From the NCBI GenBank assembly GCA_025201805.1, contig MU619237.1, forward strand, positions 62,001 through 126,000: a stretch of DNA of 64,000 nt, read 5' to 3'. Shown here piece by piece: positions 24,579 through 38,267 of the stretch. The DNA comes from Parasitella parasitica NRRL 2501 (lineage: Eukaryota > Fungi > Mucoromycota). Below the pieces are notes generated by a model. The model saw only the letters and a program-made list of their open reading frames with translations. It was not told the DNA's origin and did not search any database. The translations under genes were made by a program, and so were the position numbers. How positions within the stretch are numbered: position 1 is the stretch's first letter; each line of letters opens with the position of its first letter.

Positions 24579-24800
24579 ATGTATACTATCATCGTGCACA
24601 GCTCAGAACTGTATTTGTATCATGTATGTGACCAATGCATTTTGTATCCTTCTTTTTTTTTTCGCATCTGGCTAAACAAAAGCTGTGCTTTATAAATCTA
24701 CGTATGTGTTTAATATAAAATGCCCTCTAATTGCAGGCATGATGTGCAATCGATATAACAGTTTTTTCATCTTTTCCCCCTTTTTTTTTTCTCATGAAAA

Positions 24801-26296
24801 ATGTCAAAAGATTCTCTTGAACCACCAAAAGAGCAAAAACGTGAATCCTATAAAAATGGTGTTCCTAGATTTACGCAAAAGGTAACCAAACTAGATGTCA
24901 AATTGGACAATCAAATCAAGTATGAATTTGGCGGTCCCGCAGGAGCTACAGCCATGATGGTGGGATTCCCATGTTTGATGTATTATTCTTGGGTATGTCT
25001 AGAGTTTCATCAAGGTCAGCTTATATATCCAACAAATGCGTTTCAATGGAGGTCCTGGCTAGTGCATGAAATTTGGGAAAAGATCAAGTTGCGAGCCTCT
25101 CCTTCGGTATGGGCTATTCAGACTTATATGGGTTATGTCTTGTTTTCGTTTGTATTGGCACTCATAATGCCCGGCCCCGTGGTTGATGGATTGCCTATTC
25201 CGTCGCTGAATGGACAAAGAGTATGGTATATTGCTAGCTAAAAATATGTCCATCCGCTAAAATATATGTATCGCAGTTGAAATATCTCTGTAATGGTCTC
25301 TCTTCCTGGTATTTGACATTGTTTGTTTCGTTTGCATGCCATGTTACCGGTGTTTTTCGCCTAAGTAAGTTGATTGATCATTTTGGAGAGCTTATGACAG
25401 TGGCTATCATCTGGGGCTTCGTAATGTCGACGGTGGTGTATGTGATGAGCCTTGCTTCTAAAAATACGCATCGCATGTCTGGCAATGTCCTGTACGATTA
25501 CTTCATGGGGGCATGTCTCAATCCAAGAGTCGGCAGAGTCGATCTCAAGATGTGGGCTGAAATCAGAGTTCCATGGCCTGTGCTATTTTATTTGTCGCTT
25601 TCTTGTCTGCTAAAGCAATACGAGACATACGGTACAATGACACCACCTGCTTTCTTTATGGTTTTGGCCCATTTCTTGTATGTAAACGCATGCCAGAAGG
25701 GGGAAGAGTGCATCCCTACTTCATGGGACATTTTTTACGAAAAAGATGGCTTTATGCTTATCTTTTGGAACATGGCAGGCGTGCCATTTACCTATTGCTA
25801 TTCATCAATTTACCTGATCAAGTACCAATTGACAACTGGGCATGCTATCACGCATAGTTGGGTATTCAATACTGCAATATTTAGTCTTCTCTTGGTTGGC
25901 TACTACATCTTTGACACTGGAAATTCGCAAAAGAACCGCTTCCGCATGGAGCAGAATGGATCGTTCATTGTGCGTAATGCTTTCCCTCAATTACCTTGGG
26001 GTCATATCAAGAATCCATCCTTTATTCTAACAAAACACGGAAATTTATTGCTGACGTCTGGCTGGTGGGGCATCGCGAGAAAACCACACTACACAGCAGA
26101 CCTGATGATGTCTATCTCTTGGGGCCTTATCACTGGGTTCTCATCCTTTTTGCCGTACTTTTACTTTTGCTTCTTTTTGTTTGTGTTGGTGCACAGAGTT
26201 TCCCGAGACATGGAACGTTGCGCAGCCAAATATGGGCCAGATTGGATCGAATATTGCCGCCAAGTTCCATACATTTTCATTCCGTACGTGTTTTAA
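24801..26296 (+). CDS. ERG4: Delta24(24(1))-sterol reductase
   Basis: YEFGGPAG, YDYFMGACLNPR, DLKMWAEIRVPW, NACQKGEECIPTSWDIFYEKDGFMLIFWN, NSQKNRFR and RDMERCAAKYG. Intron 25221-25276. Confidence 0.93.
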
Positions 26297-26429
26297 AGTA
26301 GGCCATCAACAAAAATGTTATTTTTTCGTTCAATGATATATCTTTATATAGTGAATATAATAATAATAGTTAAATTAATCTAAGAATATGATTTTTTGGA
26401 GTGTTATTTCTTGTGTGAATTGTAAAATC

Positions 26430-27053
26430 TTAGGCAACTGTCAAGAAGGGAAGTTGAAGAAGTTTGGTGGCACTGACAGTAGTGGTAACGGTAGTCTCTG
26501 TTTCCTGAGTAACAAAGTTGGTGGTAGTTCCAGTAGTTCTGGTTACAGTGGTGACAGGAAGAGGTGAAGCAGTGACAGTCTGGTAAACATAGATCTTCTT
26601 CTTGTGGTGGTAGCCACCGTTCTTGTGGTCTTCCTTGTCATCGTCCTTGTCATAGTCCTTGTCATCGTCCTTGTCATCATCCTTGTCATCATCTTCATCA
26701 TCATCTTCATCATCTTCATCATCATCATCCTCATCATCATCGTCATCGTCATCGTCATGCTTGCCATGCTTGTCATCATCGTCCTCATCATCATCATCGT
26801 CATCGTGGTCACCACCACGCTTTTGCAAAAAGCTGTCGGCAACAATGCTAGCAGAGGCAGAGGCAGAGGCAGAAACAGCGGCTTGGGCGTAGGAGGCATC
26901 AGAGGCAACCATGGAAACGGCTTGATCGTTGAGGTATTGGAAGACGGCATCATAAGAAGCGTCGACTGAAGCAACACCAGAGACTGAAGCAGGAGCAGCA
27001 GAGACAGCAGTAGCCAACAAGGCAGCAGAGATCATGCAGAGGGAGAAACGCAT
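26430..27053 (-). CDS. Secreted low-complexity Asp-rich protein of unknown function
   Basis: Signal-peptide-like MRFSLCMISAALLATAVSA, Ala/Ser-rich region, KR dibasic site, poly-D and DDKD repeats, Thr-rich tail. Intronless 207-aa ORF. Confidence 0.8.
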   Translation of the reverse strand: MRFSLCMISAALLATAVSAAPASVSGVASVDASYDAVFQYLNDQAVSMVASDASYAQAAVSASASASASIVADSFLQKRGGDHDDDDDDEDDDDKHGKHDDDDDDDDEDDDDEDDEDDDEDDDKDDDKDDDKDYDKDDDKEDHKNGGYHHKKKIYVYQTVTASPLPVTTVTRTTGTTTNFVTQETETTVTTTVSATKLLQLPFLTVA

Positions 27054-27441
27054 TTTATTTTAATTTCTGTTGTTGTGTGAGAAGGGATTGATAAAGTAAT
27101 AGGATGTAGAAACAAAAAAATTGGTTTGGATGGCCATTTTCCAGAGTATTTATACAGAATATGGGCATCTTTATTGAATTGTATATCAACCAGGATCGAT
27201 TTTAAATTCGCTTTGTTTTTCGCTTTTTCCATTTCACTTGGAAAAAGAATTACTTCAGTTATGACAAGACACAAATATAATAGATATACAAGTAATCATT
27301 ACCAAATACACACAAGCATAAAGCAGAATGCGTCCGCTTTTCTCTGCGCAAACACAGCAGTAGGAAGTTTTTCGGAATGAAGTTGAACAACATTGGAAAA
27401 TGATCCGAATATATAGGATATTTATTTATGAAAATATTACA

Positions 27442-28317
27442 CTAATTTACACTCTTGTTGGTTTTACTAGTTGCCCATTTCACTAGATCGACTTTTTCCG
27501 TAGCAGCGGATACTAGATATTGATAATTCTATGAAGAAAATATGAGTTTTCGTCTATGTCGTGAAATACCCTAAATTGTCATTACCATTAAATCATTGGG
27601 TGTAGCTCTTAGCTTCACATCCTTTGTTAAGCTACGATACTGTAAATTAGTGCTGACCAAAACAAACTGTAAGAACAAAACAAACTTACCATTTTGCTAC
27701 AAAATCGGTTAAATCGGAAGGATATTCATCGTTGGCAGGGAATTCAGGGACAGGTTCATGAACAATATGTTGCAAAAGCTCAAAGATGGATAAAGGTGTG
27801 CCTTCAGGTGGAAATGGAAATCTTCCTAGCGCTAGCTCCATCAAGGTTATGCCCAAAGACCAAACATCCGACTTTACAGAATATGGTGATCCCATAATTC
27901 TTTCAGGCTAATGAAGGGTTGATATCAGATACTGGGTGTCATTTTTGCAATTATACACTTACACTCATATATGAGCTTGTTCCAACAAACGTATCAGCAA
28001 CTGAATTGATAAGCTGCCCTGAAACACCGAAATCGCATAGCTTGATTTGGCCTTGCGAATTGACTAGGACGTTTGAGGGCTTTAAGTCTCTGTGGATAAT
28101 ACGGTGTTCATCGTAAAGATATATTAAGCCATCGACAATCTGTTTTTTTTTGCCCCGTATTAGTTTGTAATGACCACAACACTAGATCCAGCCTTACCGC
28201 ATAGCCAACTTTTTTCAGCACATCAAAAGGGAATGGGCCATGCTTCTTATATATCTGATCAAGTGAGCTGTAATTGTAAAAAGAAAAAAAAAAAAAAAAA
28301 AAAAAAAAATAAAAAAG

Positions 28318-28351
<34 letters not shown>

Positions 28352-28977
28352 GTTTTTTAGCTCGATTTCATACTATACATAGAAAACAGGGAGTTTCAAC
28401 GCACCCAACATCCATATACTCCATACAAATCGAAATGTCACCACCGTTCATAAAAGCACCATAGAAGCTGACAATGTGTTTTGAATTGCAATCGTGCATA
28501 AACTGTAGTTCACGCATAATCTGCTTTCGCACATTCATATTGGCATCAACATGTACTATCTAGTTGTTTTGCGCCGCCAAGAAAACACGCTCAGTTGGAG
28601 TCAATATGGATTCAAGTGTATTGGCAGCTTACCTTTCTAGCCATCACTGTATTCGTTCTTACGTGTAGCACTTTGCATACGGTCCCGCCGTTTCCTCTAC
28701 CAAGTTCATCGATCGACGTAAAGTCTTCTGGACGTAGATCCAGCCTTAACTCTAGCCCGATCTCTAGCTCACTCAGTTGCTCACATAACTGTGTGTAGTC
28801 TGCTGGGCCGTTGCAGTCCTCAACAGTCTGTTTTGTTGACTTTTCTGTTTCTGGTTTGTTAAGATCGTTTGCAGTGCCTGGTTCCGAGCCTGGAGGCGAG
28901 CTAACGACTACAGGTGAATTTTGCAGTGTGAGGTTCTTGAAGTTGCGCTTCTTTCTTAGTGGTACTTTGGAAAGCAT
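27442..28977 (-). CDS. STE7: MAP kinase kinase, Ste7/Byr1/Fuz7-like (multi-exon)
   Basis: N-terminal docking motif [11 protein letters not shown]; [56 protein letters not shown] and [20 protein letters not shown]. Stop TAG ends at 27442. Confidence 0.9.
28281..28350 (+). repeat. Poly(A) tract within a MAPKK intron
   Basis: Interrupted A-run inside intron ~28269-28404; it is poly-U on the transcribed strand. Confidence 0.9.
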
Positions 28978-29438
28978 CTTTTCAGTGTGCGGTCTTGTTG
29001 GAAAATGAGATGAAAAAGAAAGAAAAAAAATGGACGCACACAGAGAGAGGCGATTTGAAAGAGAATAAAAAGAAAGTGGCCCCCTCCTCGTTGTCTCTGT
29101 CTAATACTGTACATTAATATGTTAAATAGACAATCAGTGTGATTGGGTACTCAGTTGACTTGTTTTTAAAGGTCGAGTGATTGTATGTAGTGCACTTCCT
29201 TTGTTAAACAATGGTTCTTGCAAGTGTATACAACACAATCTTTTTTTCTAGTACAAGTTGTTACCCATGAGGGTTACTTTCATTTTATCTAACCAATGAT
29301 GAACAGAACTTTTTGTTTGTCATGAAACAAAAACAAAGCTCCCTTAACTGATTGGTATAGTGTAAATGAGGATCAAAAAGGTAAAAAGGATTATCAATAT
29401 TTCAAAAAACTAAATTATATAATGAAAGTGTGGAGCGC

Positions 29439-31327
29439 TCATTTTATGTTGTAGACACCAAAATCCAAAACTCGAAACGAAGTTACATTTTTTCTATCAT
29501 GGAGAATTAGTAAAATATAGTACTAAAAGTCGAGCAAAAATACCATACTTTTGCACTGCAGCGACACATCGGCGTCCATCGAATGCGACACGCCAAACAC
29601 CATCGACTTCCGTGATCAGATCTCTAATAAAATGGCCTGTTTGTATGTCCCACATCTTGAGCCCGCCCTCAGATCCAGATATTACTTTATAATTATCATG
29701 CTGAAAGCATGTTATCGAGTTGCTGTGTCCAGATAATGCATGATGACAGACTCCAGTCTCTGGTGACCATACTCTCAGAATCGAGTCAGCCGCAGCAGAG
29801 ACAAGGTACTGATCATTGAGTCCTAGCAATCCAACCAAGACCGTATGTCCCTCTAATTTTTTTATGCATTCGCCAGTCTCTAGATCCCATACACGAACTG
29901 TAAAGTCCATGCTTCCACTCATGCATCGATTTCTTTCAGTATCAATAACAATTGAGTATACTTTCTGTGTGTGGCCTTCCATCAGATGCACCATTCGGCC
30001 TGATTTAATATCCCATACACGGACTGTATTATCGTAGCTGCCGCTGACAAGTGTGTTGCCGTGTGCTGCAATAGCTCGTACAGACTGCCGATGTCCTACC
30101 AACGAATGCACAAAATAAGGATTTGCATCGCCATTGTTGCCAAGGAAATGCCCCTGGTGGTTCTTGGGATCTGGCAGCCTCCACACACGCAGCGTAGAAT
30201 CACGGGAGCCGGTGATTATCATGGGCTGATTGCCTTCATTGATTGGTTTTGTGATAAGCAAGCATCGAATGGTAGATGTGTGCCCTGTAAAAATGTGCGT
30301 ACACTTTCCAGTCTCCATGTCCCATACACGCACTCGTCTATCGGTGGATCCTGTTACCAGAGTGTTTCCAACATATTGCAGCGCCCAGACACCACCTTCA
30401 TGGCCCTCCAATGTCATTCGCCTCTTTCCTGTCGCTGTGCTATAAATGTTGACGTGCGAGTCGTCTGCACCAGACACGATTTTATCGTCGTCAAACTGCA
30501 AGCATGTCACTACAAACTTGTCATGTCCTCGAAATGACTGCTCAACCGCTCTTCCCTTGCGCCAGTTCTGCTTCAGAGTGTGATGTCTTGCATACAAATG
30601 TTTAAAACTAGTGATTGGAAAGGAACAATCTAAGGGGTCGTTAAGCGAATAGCCATCTTGCAAAAGTAATCGCTTCCAGGATGGGTGATCGGCATCAATG
30701 ATCGACCTCCACTTTCGACTCACGCCAGATGCTTGGCAAAGAGAAAATGCATCCAGGTAGCTGGTAATACGTCTGGATATCTCCAATGGCAGGGTGGACA
30801 GAAAATCATTCTTGAGAACTGGCATAATCGCAGAGTTCACAAACTGTAAGGTGTTAGTCGACGACCGCTTCAACAGTTGGAACAGCATGCACGATTTTAG
30901 ATTAGGAGAAAGTGAGTCAAACGTACGGATCATGGACGGCAGTTGCACTATTGTGTTCAGGGTGCTCGATTCATCAAATTGTGATAGCAGACAATCATCC
31001 ATCTTCAAGATGCGAGGTCTTTTATGCTCTGTGACCACACTGGCATCACATGTTACGAATCGCTTTCTAGGGTATTGTGAACAAGAAGCATCAGAAGAGC
31101 CCATGCGTTGCCATGGTAACTAAGATCGTGTTAGTTTGGTATACGATGGTATTTGGAGAGAAGTTGTGTGTTTGCGTTACCTCTTTTGGATTATACCTCT
31201 TTTCATTAGTGATGGCAGGACAGGTTTTTAACAATGGAATTGATGGCTCAAGCGTGAGCTGGATGACGTTGGTGCCAGCCGCTGCAGATAATGGCGAGAG
31301 TATAGGCGATGAACTTGCTTTTTGCAT
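29439..31327 (-). CDS. CDC4: F-box/WD40 SCF substrate receptor Cdc4/Fbw7
   Basis: F-box DFLSTLPLEISRRITSYLD. WD repeats VVTCLQFD, GHEGGVWAL, GHTSTIRCL, GHRQSVRAIA and GHTQKVYSIV. Intron 31120-31180 joins the two ORF-track frames; a short last exon ends with TGA at 29439. Confidence 0.92.
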
Positions 31328-32224
31328 CCTTTTGGCCAGAGAAAACGTTGATACTATTCCCTATTATTGATTAAGGAGGAAGAGGGAAAAAAAAATAGTT
31401 CATATCAAATTAGAAAAAATAAATATAAAAAATAGACAAACCATGCAAAATGCTTGAAAATAAAAAAAAAAAGGGGGGGGTTGCTCTGGTGATGGTGTGC
31501 GTATATTATCTTACAGGTAGTGTTTTGACCACATCTAGCCCCTTTTATTTTTTTGGCGATGATACTTTATTGAATAGTACCAAAGATCAAATATTGTGTC
31601 AATGCATTATTTGTTATTCATTGGCTATCTATCAAAGGATATTGTTTTACTCGAAACAAAACCAAAAAAAAGACAATTGACGGAGATTCGCTAGCCCCCA
31701 AATAGAGCATTCCGTAGTGTCACATAATTCAATGTGTTTTATTAATTATAAAACAAGACAATACACTACTTGATACTTAAATATGGCTTTGAAACTAGAT
31801 TGCTGAGACTTTTATATCAGATATTTTGAAAATCTTGAAACCGCATCACATTTGACTTATATGGATAGTGCTACTCTGTAAGTCTCTGCGATTGATCAAC
31901 ATTCCACACACATTTCCATAGTAACCACCAGAGAAATGTCAAAGGACATGACATGGTATTTTAATTGCCAGACTGACATTTGACCTTGATGCATTCCTAT
32001 AATTCGCCGTGGTCAGTCAAATACACGAAACCCTTATGATTTGTAATGTTGGATTGATTGGCTGTATACACTGTATATTACTGCATGAAAGTTTATCATA
32101 AAAGATCATTGAAACAGCAGGGTAGGAGAAAAAGTATAAAAGACAAAGACATTTCGGAACGGATCTTGATTTGCGACACCTTCTTGTATTAAGCAATCAA
32201 TCAAAAAAAAAAAAAAAAAATAAG

Positions 32225-33806
32225 ATGTCTACCCTGACTACATCCAACGGCAATCCAGTCGATAACGATCAAACTAGCATCACTGCTGGCCCGTGGGGAC
32301 CGATTCTCCTTCAAGATTTTCACTTGATTGACAAGCTCGCTCATTTTGACAGAGAGCGTATTCCAGAGCGTGTGGTTCATGCCAAGGGTGCTGGTGCTCA
32401 TGGTGAATTCGGTAGGTTTTTCCTCGTGGCAAACACATGCAACCTTGCAACGCTAATCCGTAATTTAATTAGTTGTCACTCATGATATCACACACCTTAC
32501 CAAGGCTAAATTCCTTGACACAGTGGGCAAGAAGACGCCTATGTTTGCTCGTTTTTCGACTGTTGGCGGCGAAAGAGGTAGTGCTGATACTGCTCGTGAT
32601 CCTCGCGGATTTGCTCTCAAGTTCTACACTGAAGAGGGTAATCTCGACATTGTTGGTAACAATACTCCTGTATTCTTTATCCGTGATCCATCAAAATTTC
32701 CTGATTTTATTCATACTCAAAAACGTAATCCTCGTACTAATCGTAAGGATCCTAATGCTGCTTGGGATTTCTTTTCCCTCTCGCCAGAGTCTCTTCATCA
32801 GCAAACCATCCTCTACTCAAACCACGGTACTCCTGATGGCTTCCGTCATATGCACGGTTTCGGCTCTCACACCTTTAAATTGGTCGATAAGGAAGGCAAG
32901 TTTAAGTACATCAAGTGGCATTTTAAGACTAAGCAAGGAGCCAAAAACCTGAAGGCTGATACTGCCGCTAAATTGGAGGGTACTAATCCTGACTACGCCA
33001 CTGAAGATCTGTTTGAAGCCATCGAGCGCGGTGATTTCCCTGTTTGGGATGTTTATATACAGATCATGGAGCCAAAGGATGCCAAGTCTTACCGATGGAA
33101 CCCTTTCGATGTGACCAAAGTGTGGCCCCACAAGGTAAAGTACAATGCATATGTGTATACCTCTGTATGATGATATTTTACTGACGTATTGAATGTATTG
33201 CCTCCCTAGGACTATCCTCTTCATCCTGTTGGTAAATTCACATTAAACAAGAATCCTGAAAACTATTTTGCCGAGGTAGAACAAGCTGCTTTTTCACCCT
33301 CTCATCTGGTTCCTGGTATCGATACTTCATCCGATCGCTTGCTACAAGGACGTCTTTTCTCTTATCCTGACACTCATCGCCATCGCCTTGGCGTCAATTA
33401 CAAACAAATTCCTGTAAACCAGACTAAATGCCAAGTGAATACTTACCAACGTGATGGTGCTATGGTGGTCAATGGAAATGGAGGCAGTGCTGCTAATTAT
33501 GGTCCCAATTCTGTTGGTGGCCCAGTGCAAAACGACCTCGTCGGCTCCACTTTTGCACCTGAGGAAATTGAAGGCTTGATTGGAAGATTCAGTTATCTAG
33601 TTACTGATGATGATTTTGTCCAGGCTGGCAATCTGTTCCGTCTCATGGACGAAGAAAATAAGAATGATCTATGCAAGAACATTGCTGGCGATTTGATCAA
33701 GGTTAGAAAAGAGATTGTCGATCGTCAGCTTCCTCACTTTGAGCGTGCCGATCCTGATTATCGTCATCGCGTTGAAAAGTTTATCAAAGAACTTAAAAAA
33801 GTTTAA
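32225..33806 (+). CDS. Small-subunit monofunctional heme catalase
   Basis: [15 protein letters not shown] (distal His), [13 protein letters not shown] (Asn) and [10 protein letters not shown] (proximal Tyr). Introns 32412-32472 and 33135-33209. Confidence 0.96.
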
Positions 33807-34431
33807 TTTTTTTCATTACGTATAAAATCATCATTTAATAAACATTTTTTTTACTTAGTTTTTAAATTAATGGCGATTGTCATACATAGCTTCAATTTGA
33901 AAATAACACTTTTGACATTCTGCAATAACAAAGGACAATAAATTGAGTATGTTAATATTTAATTTTATAATTGTTACTTGACTTCTCACTCAGGTTTTGA
34001 TAGATTAGGAGTGTATATCATATATTTGCATATCAACTATAAAATCTGGTGGCATGCAGCTAATATAACATTTTGGCAGACTTGCCATTAATCCATGTTT
34101 TTAGTAAATAGCTAGACACTTTGTTACTGCTGTTGTTGTTAAAGTATGTCTCTATTAAATATTCAAACTGCAGAGTATTCTCAACCACTTCGATCCATAA
34201 TAAATTTGATGTGTTACTCTCAATGACGAGTTTTATATGAGAATGCTACTGAATACACACATCAGATGCTTCGTTTACCGGTTTTCACGTGAAATGATGT
34301 AGCGTTGTGAGATAAAAAAAACACTGCATAATTTCTCTTTTCATATCATGAAACATCAAAGTGGCGTTAAAGATTGATTTCGTTTTTTCTCCCTTTTTTT
34401 TGCTTTTTTTTTTCTTCTGCTTCATATAAAT

Positions 34432-35482
34432 ATGACTACATTAGTTACACTTGTTTTAAACAATGCCGATAAGCTACCAATTGTAGGATCTCCCATTAAC
34501 CATGCAACTAGCTGGTATCGCAAAAGAAGCCATAGTCAAGGTTCTGATCTTGAAACACCTCCACCGCCATATGAAAATGAACCTGTAGCGCATTCTCGCT
34601 TAACCCAAATTTCGGACTATGTTTGGAAGCGAGCAAGCTTTTCAAGCAACAGTGGTAACGGCAGTGGTAGCAACAGCGGTAGCAACAGCGGTAGCAGCAA
34701 TGTCAATAGCAGTGGGTCTTATTCGTCAGCGCCGAACAGAGATGAATCGCTTAATAAAGAAAAGATCACAGAAGGCATATCCTTGATACAAATGGCAGCC
34801 GCATCTACTGGAGGAAATCAACAAGTTTCTATTGAACTGTACATGATGGGGTTAGACAAAATTCTTGCCTCTTTACCCAGTAATTACCCCCTGCTTATTA
34901 ATTATGTTGTGTATACATGTTCCTAACTCCCGAGTTTCTGTTAGTTGATTCTGATCCATTAATGAAAGCATCCCTGGAGGCAAAACTTACAGAATTTAAA
35001 AAAAAAAGTGGACTAGTATTACATGATGATCAAGAAAAAAAAGACTTGTCAGAAATAAATCAAAATGAAGCTCTTGGGGGTCTTTCCAATCTAATCATTC
35101 ATGCCGCAGTCTTGAGTGCTGTTGCATTGAAGAAAAGCTCAATCCCAGGTATTTATTATGATCATAAGATTTGGTGCAAACAAACAAAAAGACGTACATT
35201 AACACATGCAATATAGGCGTAATGTCAAGGTTATTTCAGATGACAAAGATTGGTTTTTCGAAGATTGATGAAAAGTGCTCCATTCGAGAAAGAACAATTA
35301 ATCTCACTAGCGCAGGCATTGCAAAAGCTATTGAAATGGATCAATACTATGAAGTGCATCAGTTTTTTGCAGAGCTTTTTTACACAGGTTGCACAGCCGT
35401 CCTAAAAGCAGGCATTGCTTATGCAGAGTATGATCAAACAGTAATGGCAAAAGAAGACGAGAACACCACACACAATGCTTGA
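34432..35482 (+). CDS. Hypothetical protein (helical, possible MIT-like segment)
   Basis: Three ORF pieces join in frame through GT-AG introns 34880-34944 and 35149-35216. Contains a PPPPY motif and a SG/SN-rich linker. No family confidently recognised. Confidence 0.7.
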
Positions 35483-35987
35483 AATTACTATTACATGTAT
35501 TGTTTGTTAAATCAATAAATATGAAATTAAGAGTCTATGCAAACTGAAGGCTCTAAAAGCTCAGTGGGTTAAGCCGATTTCATTGACCCAATGCGGAATA
35601 ATATATTCCTAGTCTATAAGATGCTTCAGTGCTTCAAAGTATGCAGTATGATTATAGGAACAATCGTAAAATACACAAATAATTTTAGCTGAGTGCATGA
35701 ATTTCGATTCCAGTGGTTAATCCGAAAATATTGAACTTTATGTTATGATACAGTAATGGGATTTCAACAAGATAATGTTACTTGAGGAACGAAGAGATGA
35801 TGTTGTAAGCATTTCTTCTGTAAAGACCATGAATACTGTTGAGATGAGAGCAAAGTAGAGTCACCTTATTACACTTCAAACATCAGCAGCATATCTTATG
35901 TTGAAACTCCCTCCTATTCCCTTTTAAATTGCTCAAAATCTCCTTATAAACCACTGTTTCTTTTGAACTAATTCTTTTTGGGCAAAA

Positions 35988-37320
35988 ATGGATGATATGT
36001 ATCAGTATGCTGCATCTGCAGTAAATAGCAATAACAAAGGCCAAGCACCAGAAGCAGTATCTGAAGAAGAGGATGTTATTATCAAAGCTTTCAACAATAT
36101 TGGCTGGGGGAAGAAATGGTCTAGTTTAGTTGACACTGTGAAAAAGCAGGTTTGTTTGCAATATGCTCATTCGAATCTATTCTAACCTCTTCAGAAAAAA
36201 AAATAACAGAGTGAGGCTTTTGTTGAAGGAACCAAGAAAGATTTACAAGAATTCTCTCAAATATTAACCGAAGATGCTGACGATGATGAGACTTCAACTG
36301 ACGCGGGAGCAAGCAGAGAACTAACAACTGAAAATGAGCATTCTGCGCTTGATTCTATTCGCGAGAGTCTCAGTAAAATCAACACTGTAAACTTTACTAG
36401 CTTGCGTGATGGTCTTAGCCAGACCTTAAACCAAACATTACCAACTCAAATCAACAGTGTGAGACTGCCAGAGAATATGGACTTGACTCAACTCAAGGAA
36501 GGTCTGGCTAATGGTACACGGTCAGCTGAACATTATCTTCAACAATTTGGCACAGATGTTATTTCTGCTTTGAAAAATACAGTTACTGTGTTGGGACCAG
36601 AAGAACAAGCATCCACTGCTTTAACAACCACAGATAACGCTACAAGATCACCTCGCATTTTGTAAAGTTTCTGACCAGCTTTTTTTTTTAAACATAACAT
36701 AGCTAATAGCACTTCCTTGTAGTGCCACTCGTAAAGATGCTTTATTAGCTAAAATGCAGACAAACGAGAACACCTATCTACAAGAGCCAGAACTTTCAAA
36801 GAAGGGCTACGACCAGGAAAAGAAGATCTTGGATACATTCAATTCAAGTTTTAATATCGAAGAATACACTGATGAAATTGCACAGTTACTTGTTGACTAT
36901 CCTAATTTAAGAAACACTATGGATAGATTAGTACCTGTACAAGTGAGTTACACATCATTCTGGCAACGTTACTTCTATCATGCTTGGAAAATTGATCAAG
37001 ATGAACAAAAGAGACAAATCATTGTTCAAGGAGCACACAAAGAAGATGAAGATGAAGCAGACTTTAAATGGGATTCTGATGAAGAAGATAACGCAACGGT
37101 TAAGAACGAAACTCCCAACAAAGTCCCAGAAGCAGATACATCAAAGATCAGAACATCCACATCAAATTCTGAAGATACAGACGACTTTAGCCATATTTCT
37201 GAGCCAACTTCTTCCACTACATCACCTCCATTAAAATCATCACAAGCAGAAGAGGAATGGGTGAAAGCAGAAAAGAAGAAATCGGATGACGAGGAAGATA
37301 GCGATAGTGATTGGGAATAA
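35988..37320 (+). CDS. BSD-domain protein (Dos2-like)
   Basis: LRNTMDRLVPVQVSYTSFWQRYFY (BSD core) and terminal DSDWE. Two introns. Confidence 0.85.
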
Positions 37321-37411
37321 CTTTATCTTATGCGCATGATATAGTATATAAATAAAGCGTAATGCGACTTTGAATGCCAGATTTCCTTCTTTTCTTTCTT
37401 CTTTTCATAAA

Positions 37412-38096
37412 ATGAAATCTGTTGTCCTTAAAGAACACGTACAGTTTTGCTTTGAAGTTTTGATTTCTCATCTCAATAAAAAAACACCCCCACAACCAAC
37501 ATTTCCAAATGATAGCTAGTAAGTAAAAATGATTATCTTACGAAACCATTTTAACTTGGCCTTAAATAGTCCCCTGTTTGTAACTTGGCATAAAAAAACT
37601 AAAGACAATGGCCTCCAGCTCAGAGGCTGTATTGGCAATTTTAATCCTATGCCTTTGCATACAGGCTTATCAAAGTATGCTTTAATAAGGTAAGATTTAC
37701 AGAAATTTGATTGTTACTTGCGTCTTCATTATCGTTGCTAGCGCTCTACAAGATCATCGTTTCCCAGCGATTACATTATACGAGATCCCTTTTCTGACAT
37801 GCGCAGTATCCTTATTAACAGATTTTGAAAAAGCCAATAATTATCTTGATTGGGAAGTGGGAACACATGGTATTTGGATTGAATTCACCCAAACAAATGG
37901 TGAAAAAGAAACAGCAACGTATCTACCAGAGGTCATGACGGAACAAAGTTGGACAAAAAAGCAAGCTATTCATTCATTATTGAAAAAGGGAAATTTCAGA
38001 GGGACTATAACTGAAGATTATTGCCTAAATTCAATTACTCTTACAAGATATCAATCGCAAAAAATCGAGCAATCATATGAAGAAGTTTCATCCTGA
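37412..38096 (+). CDS. AMMECR1-family protein
   Basis: PLFVTW...LRGCIGNF, SALQDHRF, CAVSLLTDFE, DWEVGTHGI and ATYLPEV. Two introns. Confidence 0.92.
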
Positions 38097-38267
38097 AATT
38101 AAATCATTGAATAAATCTTTACAAATTTGTGCATGAATGATGCTCTCTCGTTCAAAAATCAACACGGCCGACTGCCGAGATTGTGTTCGATCCGGACATA
38201 TTCGGTCCGAGCTTCATATGAATTAAAATTTTGCTATATAAATAGTATAAATTTATGTATGATCATG

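Noticed and set aside
24341-24695. Poly-Phe/poly-Lys ORFs (also 28170-28382 and 45860-46231)
   Set aside because: Translations of homopolymer tracts; tract lengths may themselves be sequencing artefacts.
26543-26977. Met/Thr-, Ile- and Ser-rich overlapping ORFs
   Set aside because: Alternative-frame and antisense shadows of the GAT/GAC repeat in the acidic protein.
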